Assembly (NCBI GenBank): GCA_050015075.1
Contig: JBEKCB010000006.1
Coordinates: 96,001 to 160,000 of the forward strand
Direction: 5' to 3'
Origin: Candidatus Brocadiia bacterium
GTDB lineage: Bacteria > Planctomycetota > Brocadiia > CAIUPP01
DNA length: 64,000 nt
Within the stretch, counting starts at the first letter, position 1, and each line of letters opens with the position of its first letter. Positions 9,453-18,432 of the stretch are shown here, piece after piece. Made by a program: the position numbers and the translations under genes. Below the pieces are notes generated by a model. That model ran no database searches. It was not told where the DNA came from and worked only from the letters and a program-made list of their open reading frames with translations.

Positions 9453-10052
9453 TCAGATCTCGGTGGAGCTCGAAATCACCTTGCCCACCAGGCCGTACTC
9501 TTTGGCCTCGGAGGCGCTCATCCAGTAGTTGCGGTGCGTATCTTTTTTCACTTTTTCGATGGGCTGGCCGGTCTCGTCGGAGATCAGCTTGTCGCCCTTC
9601 TCGCGCAGCTTGAGGATCTCGGAGGCCTCGATCATGATGTCGGCGGCGCTGCCGCGAATTCCGGTGCTGGGCTGGTGGATCAGGAAGCGCGCGTTCGGCA
9701 GGCTCAGGCGGCGCTCCTTCGGGCAGGCCAGGAGCACGATCACCGCGGCGCTGGCGGTCAGCCCGGCGGAGACGGCCTTGACCGGCGATTGGATGAACCG
9801 GATGACGTCGAAAATGGCGAATCCCGCGTCGGCGTCGCCGCCGGGGGAATTGATGAAGAGCTTGATCGGCTCGTCCGGCTCTTCCGCCGCCAGGAGCAGC
9901 AGCTCCGCGACAAGGCGCTGCGACGACCGCCGGTTGATTTCACCGGTCAGGAGCAGCGTGCGCTGCTTCAACAGCCGTATCGAGACCTGGCCTTCCAGAC
10001 GTTTCTCTTCCGACTCGTCCGACGGCGCATTGCGGCGCGGCCGATATGCCAT
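9453..10052 (-). CDS. clpP: ATP-dependent Clp protease proteolytic subunit (Ser-His-Asn type)
   Basis: ATG at 10052; INSPGG, GLTASAA (Ser), LIHQP (His), DTHRNYWMSASEAKEYGLV. Confidence 0.9.
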   Translation of the reverse strand: MAYRPRRNAPSDESEEKRLEGQVSIRLLKQRTLLLTGEINRRSSQRLVAELLLLAAEEPDEPIKLFINSPGGDADAGFAIFDVIRFIQSPVKAVSAGLTASAAVIVLLACPKERRLSLPNARFLIHQPSTGIRGSAADIMIEASEILKLREKGDKLISDETGQPIEKVKKDTHRNYWMSASEAKEYGLVGKVISSSTEI

Positions 10053-10066
10053 AGATAGCCTCTCGT

Positions 10067-12274
10067 TCAGAACATGGACTCCATCGAAAGGGCGGGATGC
10101 CCTTTCTGGGTCAGATAAGCGAGCACCTCTTCCTCGGACGTCGCGACGGTCTCGTCGGCGATCTTGTCGGCGAAGTCCTCGCCGAGGCCGGCGTCCTTCG
10201 CGCGATGCGTGAGGCTGTCGCCGAGGGTTTCCTTGAGCTTCTTCGGCATCCAGACCACGCGCGCCAGGCCGCCGTCGCCGGAGATGAACTTGGGGGAAAC
10301 GATGTACTGCCGGGAATGCCCGACAAAGCCGGGCGTCTGCTGCCCGCCGCCGACCGTGCCGGCGAGCGTGCTGAACTTCATGCCGCACGGGGTCATTTCC
10401 GGGTAGTCGCGGTCCACGATCATAATGCCGTTCGTGCTCGGCAGGATCGCGGAGATGGCCTCGAAGCAGCCGCAGGAGGTCATCGGGTCCTTGATCATGC
10501 TGTAGGCGCTGAAGCGTTCGATCGCGCGGTTGGACTTGCCCTGCACGAACTCGTTGACTTTCTCCCACTGGCCGAGCTTCTCCTCGACGGCGCGGCCTTT
10601 CTCGATCGGCTGGTTGGGGCCGGTCGGGTTGATCTCGAACGCGGCGCGACCGTCGAGCCAGTTGTACGCGCCGCAGAGGCCGCTGCGCTCGGGCGTGATG
10701 ATGCAGACGTGGTTCGGCGCGAAGGACTGGCAGAGCGTGCAGGAGTAGAACGTCTCCACCGACTCGTCGGTCATGCCGGCCAGCCGGTCGTCGCGCTCCT
10801 TGAAGACCTTCCGCGCCGCGTCGCGCAGTTCCAGGATTTTCTTCTCGTCGGTGTAGATCTTCACCTGGATGCGGTCCACGATGGCGCTGTACTGCTCGTG
10901 GAGCATGGCGTGGAGGATGGTGCCGAAGTGCTCGAGTTTCAGGCCGGCGGTCTTGGCCTGCTTGCTCACGCGGACCCAGATGGTGTCGCGCTGGCCCATG
11001 TGGAAGATGCCCTGCGCCTCGTTGAGGAAGCGGTGGACCTGGCGTTCGAGGATCGGCTCGAAGTCGGGCTGCATCTTGCGGCCGGCGACCTCGATCCAGA
11101 TCGCCAGCGGCAGGCGGCCGCCTTCCTTGACGTCGGCGAGGTCCGGGCCGATGACTTCGACGCGCCCGTCCTTGACCTGGTCCATGTCGAGCATGGTGCA
11201 GAACTCGAAGGCCGGAGTGCGCTGGCCGCCCATCTCGCAGTGCATGTCCTCTTTGCGGATGCGCTCGCCCTCGAAGGCCGGGCTGTACGGGACCGGGATC
11301 GGGATGTGGGTGATCTTGATCTTCAGCCCGCGCACGCTGATGGCGCGCTCGACCATGTCCTCGACCGGCACGGAGCTGACCACATGCTCGTAGGTGCAGA
11401 TGCCGGTGGGCAGCACTTCGGGGATTTCCGTCTCCGCGATGGTCGGGAAGCCGTAGTTGATCGCGCCGGCGGCGGTGGCGTACTTCTCGTCGTCCACTTC
11501 GCCGAGCGCCAGCACGAACGCGAAGATGCGGTTCTTATTGTAGCGCAGGTTGCGCGCGAAATCGCCCGGCTGAACGCCGCCGAAGGAAAGCGCCGCGCGG
11601 GAGGCGAAGCCGAGCGCGAAGATCGCGGCGGAAATGTCCTTGCCGAACGGGATGAGCCGCGTGTCCCAGCCCATCTGCACGCCGCCCTCGGCGAGCTGCT
11701 CCGCCATGGTCTTGCCGTCCGTGTGGCCGGCCATGAAGACGTACAGGCGCTTTTCCTGGAGCTGGCGCGCGAGCTTGACGGCCTGCTCGGTGGTCTTGCA
11801 GGCGCCGACGCAGGCGGCGAAACCCGGCGCCGAGCCGTCCACGAACTCGATGCCGCGCTCGCGCATGATCTTGTCGTCCGCCGCGCCGAGCCAGATGCGC
11901 CCGTCCAGCGGCGCCTCGGTCATCGTGTACGGGATCGGGTCGTCGAGGTACTTGCACGCCTCGAAGATTTCCTCCGCCCAGAGCGTGGCCATGCCCGCGT
12001 CGAGCGCGTGGCCGAGATAGGGAACCCACAACTTCTTCTCGGGGACCGGCGGCAGCAGTTCTTTCGCCTGCGTCAGCGCCTCGCGCATCTGGCCGAGGGT
12101 CTTGATGGCGATCCCGGTCATCGAATAGATGATCGGGAGGTAATAGCCGGTGTTCGGCAATTCGACTTTCTGGTCGGCGCCTTTGGCCTCGATCATCTGG
12201 TCGAGCTTGCTCTCGGCGCGCGCCACGTGCTTGTAGGCGCCGCGGATGGCCGCAGAGCAGATCAGCTTTGACAT
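10067..12274 (-). CDS. acsB: Acetyl-CoA synthase (bacterial-type AcsB with N-terminal domain)
   Basis: PNTGYYLP, FYSCTLCQSFAPNHVC..PERSGLCGA and PMTSCGCFE A-cluster ligands. Confidence 0.97.
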   Translation of the reverse strand: MSKLICSAAIRGAYKHVARAESKLDQMIEAKGADQKVELPNTGYYLPIIYSMTGIAIKTLGQMREALTQAKELLPPVPEKKLWVPYLGHALDAGMATLWAEEIFEACKYLDDPIPYTMTEAPLDGRIWLGAADDKIMRERGIEFVDGSAPGFAACVGACKTTEQAVKLARQLQEKRLYVFMAGHTDGKTMAEQLAEGGVQMGWDTRLIPFGKDISAAIFALGFASRAALSFGGVQPGDFARNLRYNKNRIFAFVLALGEVDDEKYATAAGAINYGFPTIAETEIPEVLPTGICTYEHVVSSVPVEDMVERAISVRGLKIKITHIPIPVPYSPAFEGERIRKEDMHCEMGGQRTPAFEFCTMLDMDQVKDGRVEVIGPDLADVKEGGRLPLAIWIEVAGRKMQPDFEPILERQVHRFLNEAQGIFHMGQRDTIWVRVSKQAKTAGLKLEHFGTILHAMLHEQYSAIVDRIQVKIYTDEKKILELRDAARKVFKERDDRLAGMTDESVETFYSCTLCQSFAPNHVCIITPERSGLCGAYNWLDGRAAFEINPTGPNQPIEKGRAVEEKLGQWEKVNEFVQGKSNRAIERFSAYSMIKDPMTSCGCFEAISAILPSTNGIMIVDRDYPEMTPCGMKFSTLAGTVGGGQQTPGFVGHSRQYIVSPKFISGDGGLARVVWMPKKLKETLGDSLTHRAKDAGLGEDFADKIADETVATSEEEVLAYLTQKGHPALSMESMF

Positions 12275-12288
12275 GAATTTCTCCCGGT

Positions 12289-14229
12289 TTACACTTTAAG
12301 TTCGCGGCGATCGGCCATGTCGAACAGCTTGCGTTCCTTCTTCTCGTTGATGCCGAGAGCGTCGCGTTTGGACTCGATGTGCTCCCGGACGACCTGCGCC
12401 ATGCGCTTCGGGTCCGGCTCGATGGCCCAGCGGCCGCCGAGTTCCTTGGCGATGCCGCCGGTCAGGTAATCGTTGACCTCGCGGCTGCCTTCGATGGGCA
12501 GCCCGATGCCGAAGACGACGAGCGCGCCGGAGGCGACGAAGTATTGCCCGATGGCGACGGCCTTCTCGCTCATCCACTCGGGCGCGACGCCGGCGACGGG
12601 CAGGTCGCTCAGGTCCGCGCCCAGGCCGCCCTCGCGCACCATCTCGCAGCAGGCGATCAGGATGCGCGAGTTGTCCACGCACGATCCGGAATGGAGCACC
12701 GGCGGGATGCCGACCGTGTCGCAAATCTCGCGCAGGCCCGGCCCGGCCTTTTCCTTGATCTCCGGCTGCAACAGCCCCTGCTTGCCGCTGGCGATGGCCA
12801 TGCACCCGGTCTGGACGACGAGGATGTCCTTCGAGATCAGTTCGGTGACGAGGTCCCAATTCGCCGTGTCGCAGGCGAACTTCGGCGAGTTGCACCCGAC
12901 GACGCCGACGATGCCGCGGATGCGGCCGTTCATGATGTTGTCGTTGAGCGGGCGATACGAGGCGCGGAACCGGCCGCCGAGCATGTAGCGGATCGTCTCA
13001 TGGCTGAAGCCGACCACGAGGTCGTTGACCTCGGAGGGGATTTCGACTTTGCCGCGGTTCTGGAGGTTGTCAATGGCGAGTTCGACGATCTCCTTGGCGA
13101 CCTCGAGCGCGCGGTGTTCGTCGAACTGCATGTGCAGCGCGCCGGTGATGTGCGCCTTCGCCGAGGTGGTGATGATTTTGCTGTGGTACGACCGGGCGAC
13201 GCGCACGATGGACTGCATGATGCACTGCACGTCCACGACCATCGCCTCGACCGCGCCGGTGGCGAGGGCGAGTTCCTGCTGCATCGAGTTGCCGGCGATC
13301 GGGACGCCGTGGCGCATGAGGGTCTCGTTGGCGGTGCAGCACATCCCCGCGACGGTGATGCCGCCCTTGGCGCCGGCGGCCTTCGCCTTGGCGATGAGCT
13401 TCGGGTCCTGGGCGGCCAGGACGATCATCTCGGAAAGCGTCGGCTCGTGGCCGTGGATGATGATGTTCACGGTGTCCTCGCGCAGCACGCCGAGGTTGGC
13501 GCGCGCCTGGCGCGGGATGGGCGTACCGAAGAGGATGTCCTGCAGCTCCGTGGCGATCATCGAGCCGCCCCAGCCGTCGGCGAGCGCGCAGCGGCTGGCC
13601 TGGGCGAGGATCGTGCGGAAGTCCTGGTCCACGCCCATGGTGGTGCGATGGAGCACTTCGGTCACCTCGCGGTCCACGGCGCGCGGGGCGATGCCGTTCT
13701 CTTTCCAGATTTTCTGCCGCGGCTCGGGCGCGCGCTTGAGGAAGCGCTGCTCGCCCTCGTGCTTGCCGAATTCGGAGAGCGCCGTGAGCACGACGAGTTC
13801 CGCGAGCGCCGCGGTGGATTTCTCCGCGGGGTCAATTCCGTAAAGCCGGGCGACGGCGTTGAGCTTCTGGACGTCGCGGATGGTGTAGTCCGGCGCCTTG
13901 CCGGTGGCGGCCATCAGCAGCGTCTCGGCGACGCTCCGGCCGTGGTCGCTGTGCGCGGCCGTTCCGGCGGCGACCATGCGGGCGAAGTTCCTCGACACGA
14001 TCGTGCTCGCCGAGGCGCCGCAGACGCCGCGCTCCTGGCCGGGGACGCCTTCGACGACGCGGCACGGGCCCATGAAACAGTTCCGGCAACACAGGCCGCT
14101 GGTGCCGAACTTGCATTGGGGCTCCATGGTCGCGTGCCGGTCCCAGGCGGTCTCGACGCCGTCGCGCCGCGCCTTCTCCAGCATCTGCTGCGTGGCGCCA
14201 TCCACGGGTCTCTTCTGCTCTTCAGGCAT
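12289..14229 (-). CDS. cooS: Anaerobic Ni-dependent carbon monoxide dehydrogenase catalytic subunit (CooS/AcsA)
   Basis: QCKFG..GLCCRNCFMGPC, HSDH, HGHEP, GMCCTANE, DVQC, GCN, GSCVDN, PEWMSEKA. Confidence 0.97.
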   Translation of the reverse strand: MPEEQKRPVDGATQQMLEKARRDGVETAWDRHATMEPQCKFGTSGLCCRNCFMGPCRVVEGVPGQERGVCGASASTIVSRNFARMVAAGTAAHSDHGRSVAETLLMAATGKAPDYTIRDVQKLNAVARLYGIDPAEKSTAALAELVVLTALSEFGKHEGEQRFLKRAPEPRQKIWKENGIAPRAVDREVTEVLHRTTMGVDQDFRTILAQASRCALADGWGGSMIATELQDILFGTPIPRQARANLGVLREDTVNIIIHGHEPTLSEMIVLAAQDPKLIAKAKAAGAKGGITVAGMCCTANETLMRHGVPIAGNSMQQELALATGAVEAMVVDVQCIMQSIVRVARSYHSKIITTSAKAHITGALHMQFDEHRALEVAKEIVELAIDNLQNRGKVEIPSEVNDLVVGFSHETIRYMLGGRFRASYRPLNDNIMNGRIRGIVGVVGCNSPKFACDTANWDLVTELISKDILVVQTGCMAIASGKQGLLQPEIKEKAGPGLREICDTVGIPPVLHSGSCVDNSRILIACCEMVREGGLGADLSDLPVAGVAPEWMSEKAVAIGQYFVASGALVVFGIGLPIEGSREVNDYLTGGIAKELGGRWAIEPDPKRMAQVVREHIESKRDALGINEKKERKLFDMADRRELKV

Positions 14230-14261
14230 GGGATCATCCTAACTATTGACATCCGGGTAAT

Positions 14262-15062
14262 TCAATTGCGTTTTTCGCGGGCTTCGCGTCCCTCGCCGAT
14301 ATGCTTCAACAGGCTGCGATAAATCTGCCGCGTTTCCTCCACGGCCGCCGGCGCGCTTTCGAACGCCGGCCGTCCCTCCATGTCCGCGCGCGCCAGTTCC
14401 GGATGCTGCGAAATGCAGCCCAGCAAAGGCAGGCCGTCCAGAGATTCTTCGAGGAAGCGGCGATGCTCGGCCGTCTCGATTTTGTTTCCGACCGCCAGCG
14501 TTTTCCGGATGCCGATCTCCTGCGCGAGGCGGCGAATCGCGGAGGCGACTTCGATGCTGCGCCGGCCGGGCTCCACGACCACGATCAGCGCGTCCACCGC
14601 CGCGACGGTTGCGCGGCCCAGGTGCTCGATTCCGGCCTCCATGTCCACGATGACGGCGTCTTCGCGCATCACCAGCAGGTGCGCGAGGAGCGTCTTGAGC
14701 AGCGCGTTCTCCGGGCAGGCGCAGCCGCCGCCGCCCTTCGTGATGCCGCCGAGGACCATCAGCCGGACGCCTTCGTGCGCGACGGCGAACTTCTCCGGGA
14801 AATCGGAGACGTCGGGGTTGAGCTTGAAGTACTCGCCCGAACTGCCGGGGCTGGCCCCGGTCCGCTCATGGATCAGCTCTTTCATTTCACGGATCGGCGC
14901 CGGCCGGACCGCCGCCGGCAGACCGAGCGCCGCCGCCAGGTTGCTCGTGGGGTCGCCGTCAATGGCAATAACCTGATGCCCGTCCGCTGCGATCAGCCTG
15001 GACAATATGGCCACGAGAGTGGTCTTGCCCACGCCTCCTTTGCCTGAGACGGCCAGTTTCAT
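14262..15062 (-). CDS. cooC: CO dehydrogenase maturation ATPase CooC
   Basis: GKGGVGKTT, FKLNPDV, GGGGCACPEN, DMEAGIEHLGR. Confidence 0.93.
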   Translation of the reverse strand: MKLAVSGKGGVGKTTLVAILSRLIAADGHQVIAIDGDPTSNLAAALGLPAAVRPAPIREMKELIHERTGASPGSSGEYFKLNPDVSDFPEKFAVAHEGVRLMVLGGITKGGGGCACPENALLKTLLAHLLVMREDAVIVDMEAGIEHLGRATVAAVDALIVVVEPGRRSIEVASAIRRLAQEIGIRKTLAVGNKIETAEHRRFLEESLDGLPLLGCISQHPELARADMEGRPAFESAPAAVEETRQIYRSLLKHIGEGREAREKRN

Positions 15063-15104
15063 TCTTTTCGAGACTCCGCTGAGTGTGCCGGCGCATACCC
15101 TTCA

Positions 15105-15133
15105 AGTTTAGCATCCGATGCAGCTACCGTCAA
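15105..15133 (-). promoter_or_regulatory. Sigma70-type promoter of the cooC-acs operon
   Basis: TTGACG-17 bp-TAAACT with TGn extension, 43 bp upstream of cooC. Confidence 0.6.
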
Positions 15134-15216
15134 CATACAGATTCGCGGCCGGGAGAACGGATCGGGCTTCTCGAAGGTCTGCGCGGAGCGCCGGGTTGCG
15201 TCATGGAAGTGCAAGG

Positions 15217-16944
15217 TCATTTCGGCGGCGGCGACGAGGGCGGAATCTCGGGCGTGATCGCCTCGCCGATGTTGAGCTTGTCAATCTCGGCTCCGGGCGG
15301 AACATGGAGGATGTTGCGAAAGACCGGGATGAGCGAAGGGGGAAAGCCGATGAAATGGTTTTGAAGGAGCTGGCTGATGTCCCCTTTCAGCAGTTCTTTC
15401 CAGGTCGGAAGCGCCGCGTTGGCCACGCGGATCTTTCCTTCCTGCTGGGCTTCCGTGAAAGTGGTGAACGCCTCCCACGCGCGCTTGGCGAGCCTTTCCT
15501 GCTTGTGGGCTTCGATCGGCTTGTTCAGGCACAGGTCCACGCAGGCCTGGACGACGAGGTCATCCACGAATGCGCGGACCTTGTCCATGGTGCCGTATTC
15601 GTCAACGAGCTTCTCGATCTTGCCCACGCAGACGTGCTCGAGATCTTCGTACGGGCGCGGCTTATCGTAGAGTTTATAGAGTTCCATGTGATACTTCTGC
15701 GCTTCGTTCACGAAACCGGCGAAGTACAGGTTGAACTCCTGCTCCTGGAGGAACTGGACGTGTCCGTCGCGCACGGAGTCGGCGGCGCGGTATTTCGGAT
15801 GCTCCCGGTCGCCCTCGGGGTTTTCTCCCAGCATTTCTCTAAAGAGCGTGTCGATCGGCTTGATCTTGCTGAGGTCGAAGGAGGTCACCAGCGGGGAGTT
15901 CGGGTTGGGGCTGAGGTAACTGATCAGCCCGCGGCGGCAGGTGGCCTGGAGGCTGTACATCAGCAGGCGGTCGTAGTTGATCTGGCGGGATTGGTTACGG
16001 ATCGGTTCCACCAGCTTGGCCAGCGTGGCCCAATAGATGGCGTGCGGCTCGGGAAGGCGCCAATCAAACTTCCCGAAACTTTCCTCCATCTTGGCCATGA
16101 TCTCGAGCTCATGCATCCCATACCGGTCGCGCAGGATACGGGCGGTGGTGTAGGCGAAGACTTTCTTGCGGGCGGCGTCGTTCTTCGGGTCTTTCAGGAC
16201 CTCGACGATGGCCGGCGAGAAATCGAACAGGTCCCTCGCATCGTTAATCTGGAGGACGGTCTTCTCGGGCGGATTGAGCTGGAAACGGGAGAACGCCGCC
16301 GCCACTTCCGGGTCGGCCAGGAGAGTCTTCAATTCCTTAGGCGCCTTCGCGATGGCGGGGATGTCCTGCTCTTCGCGGGTCAGGAAAATGCGGTGCATGA
16401 TGAGCGCCAGGCGGTGCTTGTAGTAGAAGTGATGCATATCCGTGTCGCGGCCGATCTTGTGCCAGTAGATCCAACTGATCCGCTCCATGAGCTTGGCGGA
16501 GCGGGGATTGGCCTTGAGCCCCTCGTCGGTCAGCCAATGGATGGCCCTTTCGACCCATTGCCAGCGCGCCTCACTGTCATCGAGTTCCGCGACGAGGTTG
16601 TAGGACATGTTCCAGGCGTTGAAGTCCCAGATTTCCTCGATGCCCGGTTCCAGCTTGCCCATCCAGGTGTAGAGCTGGTAGAGCTCCCAGTATTTGCCTT
16701 CCTCCTGCAGGGAGCCCGCGCGCAGCCAGAGGGCATCCACCGCGAGTCCCTTGAAGCCGCCGAGCAGGTGCGTCAGAAGAACGACCTGGGGGTTCTGCGG
16801 GTCCGGTCCGATCGGGGCCTCGCCGCGGAGCGCCGCCTGGTCGTAGTCGCAGGCCGGCAGCACGTAGGCCGCGCCCGCCAGGCAAACGAGGATCATGAAC
16901 AGCAGGATGATCTGACGTATGGACATTCGCGCAGACGTCTCCAC
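15217..16944 (-). CDS. Conserved hypothetical protein with N-terminal membrane anchor, mostly helical; last gene of the ABC/SPFH operon
   Basis: 575-aa ORF with GC3-biased codons; N-terminal TM segment; LGGFKGLAVDALWLRA...FNAWNMSYN motifs. Confidence 0.75.
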   Translation of the reverse strand: METSARMSIRQIILLFMILVCLAGAAYVLPACDYDQAALRGEAPIGPDPQNPQVVLLTHLLGGFKGLAVDALWLRAGSLQEEGKYWELYQLYTWMGKLEPGIEEIWDFNAWNMSYNLVAELDDSEARWQWVERAIHWLTDEGLKANPRSAKLMERISWIYWHKIGRDTDMHHFYYKHRLALIMHRIFLTREEQDIPAIAKAPKELKTLLADPEVAAAFSRFQLNPPEKTVLQINDARDLFDFSPAIVEVLKDPKNDAARKKVFAYTTARILRDRYGMHELEIMAKMEESFGKFDWRLPEPHAIYWATLAKLVEPIRNQSRQINYDRLLMYSLQATCRRGLISYLSPNPNSPLVTSFDLSKIKPIDTLFREMLGENPEGDREHPKYRAADSVRDGHVQFLQEQEFNLYFAGFVNEAQKYHMELYKLYDKPRPYEDLEHVCVGKIEKLVDEYGTMDKVRAFVDDLVVQACVDLCLNKPIEAHKQERLAKRAWEAFTTFTEAQQEGKIRVANAALPTWKELLKGDISQLLQNHFIGFPPSLIPVFRNILHVPPGAEIDKLNIGEAITPEIPPSSPPPK

Positions 16945-17002
16945 ACTTCGCGCCCGCCGGCGGCCTTTCAGGCCCGCCGGACGCCGCGCGCGCAGGAATA
17001 CT

Positions 17003-18430
17003 TCATGTCGCGGCGGTTGTCGCCGCCAACTCGCGCCGTTTGAAAATCAACCATCCGGTCAGCGCCAGGATGCCGCCCCGAACGACGATCAGCCAGAAGA
17101 AACAGTAGAAAACAGTCCACATGCTGATGATCATGCCGTCGGAAAGCTCCGGCACCACGTCGTACTTGCTGAAGTTGGGGAACATCAGGAAAAAGTAGGT
17201 CAGGACATTGCGGAGCACATTGTCAATGGGATTGATGGGCGCCCAGGGCGGCACCAGGGTGGGGCCGAAGATCACCAGTTGCCCGATCAACCCGGTGAAA
17301 ATGAAATCAGCCGCATAGCCGATCATGAAGACGACGAGGCTCAGCAGCACGGCCACCGGGAAGGACAGGAACGTCGAGGCCCAGATTCCGACGATGGCAA
17401 TGAAAGCGAGACGTATGAAAATGACCAGCCCCGCTCGGAGGAAGAGGTTCTCCCCGAACGTCGTGGCCGGGTACAGTACCTGGATCCCATCTTCGAACGG
17501 GAACTCCGCCCGGGCCGCCGGAGGCGAATTCTGGTCCTGGGGCTTATACTTGTTCTCGTAGGTGATCTCCACCGTTCCATTGGGTTTTATTTCTTCGGAG
17601 GGGACGCCGAAAGTATGCGGTTTTCCAACCGAGAAGGCGTCCTCGATCTCCGAGTACGGCTGCTCGCCCGCGTTGACGGTAAACTTGCCCGGCAGGACCG
17701 GGTCGGCCAACATGGCGTCCGTGTAGTGGCGGAAACGAATGACCAGCGCGCCCTTCTTGTATGGCGGGATGCCTGAGACGGTCCATTTCATCACGCCGCC
17801 GGGCGGGACGACCCAGGCGGCCTTGGACAGGCGCTCGCGGACGATCCGCTCAACCCACTCAGGCGTCTTGCCCTCGGGCACTTCGCCATTCGCTACGATA
17901 TCCTTCACTTCGGACTTCACCCAATCATCGAGCGGCGGGAGCGGCGGCTGCACGACCTTGCGGGCCGAGAGGACCTCCCACTCGACGACGTCATGGCCCT
18001 GCTGCGTCTCTCCCTTCGTCTGCCGGCCCAAATACTTCATGAGTCCGTACGTAGCCCCCAGCATGGCGATCAGGAGCATCAGGTTGATCAGCATCACGCC
18101 GCACCACTTGCCGAGCAGCAGCGTGCCGCGGGACACCGGTTTCGGATCGAGGAGGAAGATGTGCTGGTTCTTGATTTCGGTGTTCAGCGTGATCGCGGAG
18201 AGGAAGAGGGTGAGGACGCCCAGCAGGAAGCTGATCAGATAGATCGAATAGGTGATCACCATCCGCAGCAGACCTTCGTGGGTGTTGTCGCTCTGCAAGA
18301 GGAACGGCAGGGATGGGACCAGGATCAGCATGAACACGACCAGGACGACCGCTATCTTCATGCGGACCGCCTGAAGGAGCGATTGCCGGGCAATCGTCCC
18401 GACCTGGCAACATGCGCGTCTCAAATCCAT
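17003..18430 (-). CDS. ABC transporter permease-like membrane protein with large extracytoplasmic loop
   Basis: Multiple TM segments, EIKNQHIFLLDPKPVSRGTLLLGK (ABC-2 type), C-terminal FKRRELA. Confidence 0.8.
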   Translation of the reverse strand: MDLRRACCQVGTIARQSLLQAVRMKIAVVLVVFMLILVPSLPFLLQSDNTHEGLLRMVITYSIYLISFLLGVLTLFLSAITLNTEIKNQHIFLLDPKPVSRGTLLLGKWCGVMLINLMLLIAMLGATYGLMKYLGRQTKGETQQGHDVVEWEVLSARKVVQPPLPPLDDWVKSEVKDIVANGEVPEGKTPEWVERIVRERLSKAAWVVPPGGVMKWTVSGIPPYKKGALVIRFRHYTDAMLADPVLPGKFTVNAGEQPYSEIEDAFSVGKPHTFGVPSEEIKPNGTVEITYENKYKPQDQNSPPAARAEFPFEDGIQVLYPATTFGENLFLRAGLVIFIRLAFIAIVGIWASTFLSFPVAVLLSLVVFMIGYAADFIFTGLIGQLVIFGPTLVPPWAPINPIDNVLRNVLTYFFLMFPNFSKYDVVPELSDGMIISMWTVFYCFFWLIVVRGGILALTGWLIFKRRELAATTAAT

Positions 18431-18432
18431 CT

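Noticed and set aside
6335-9613. 1092-aa plus-strand ORF and other long antisense ORFs (e.g. 10097-12271, 12379-14322, 19855-22317, 30165-32438, 48559-50715)
   Set aside because: Shadow ORFs opposite well-supported genes; expected in high-GC DNA with strong GC3 bias and with no recognisable motifs.
9453-10568. 371-aa version of ClpP
   Set aside because: The extension overlaps acsB in another frame; ClpP-like sequence begins at ATG 10052.
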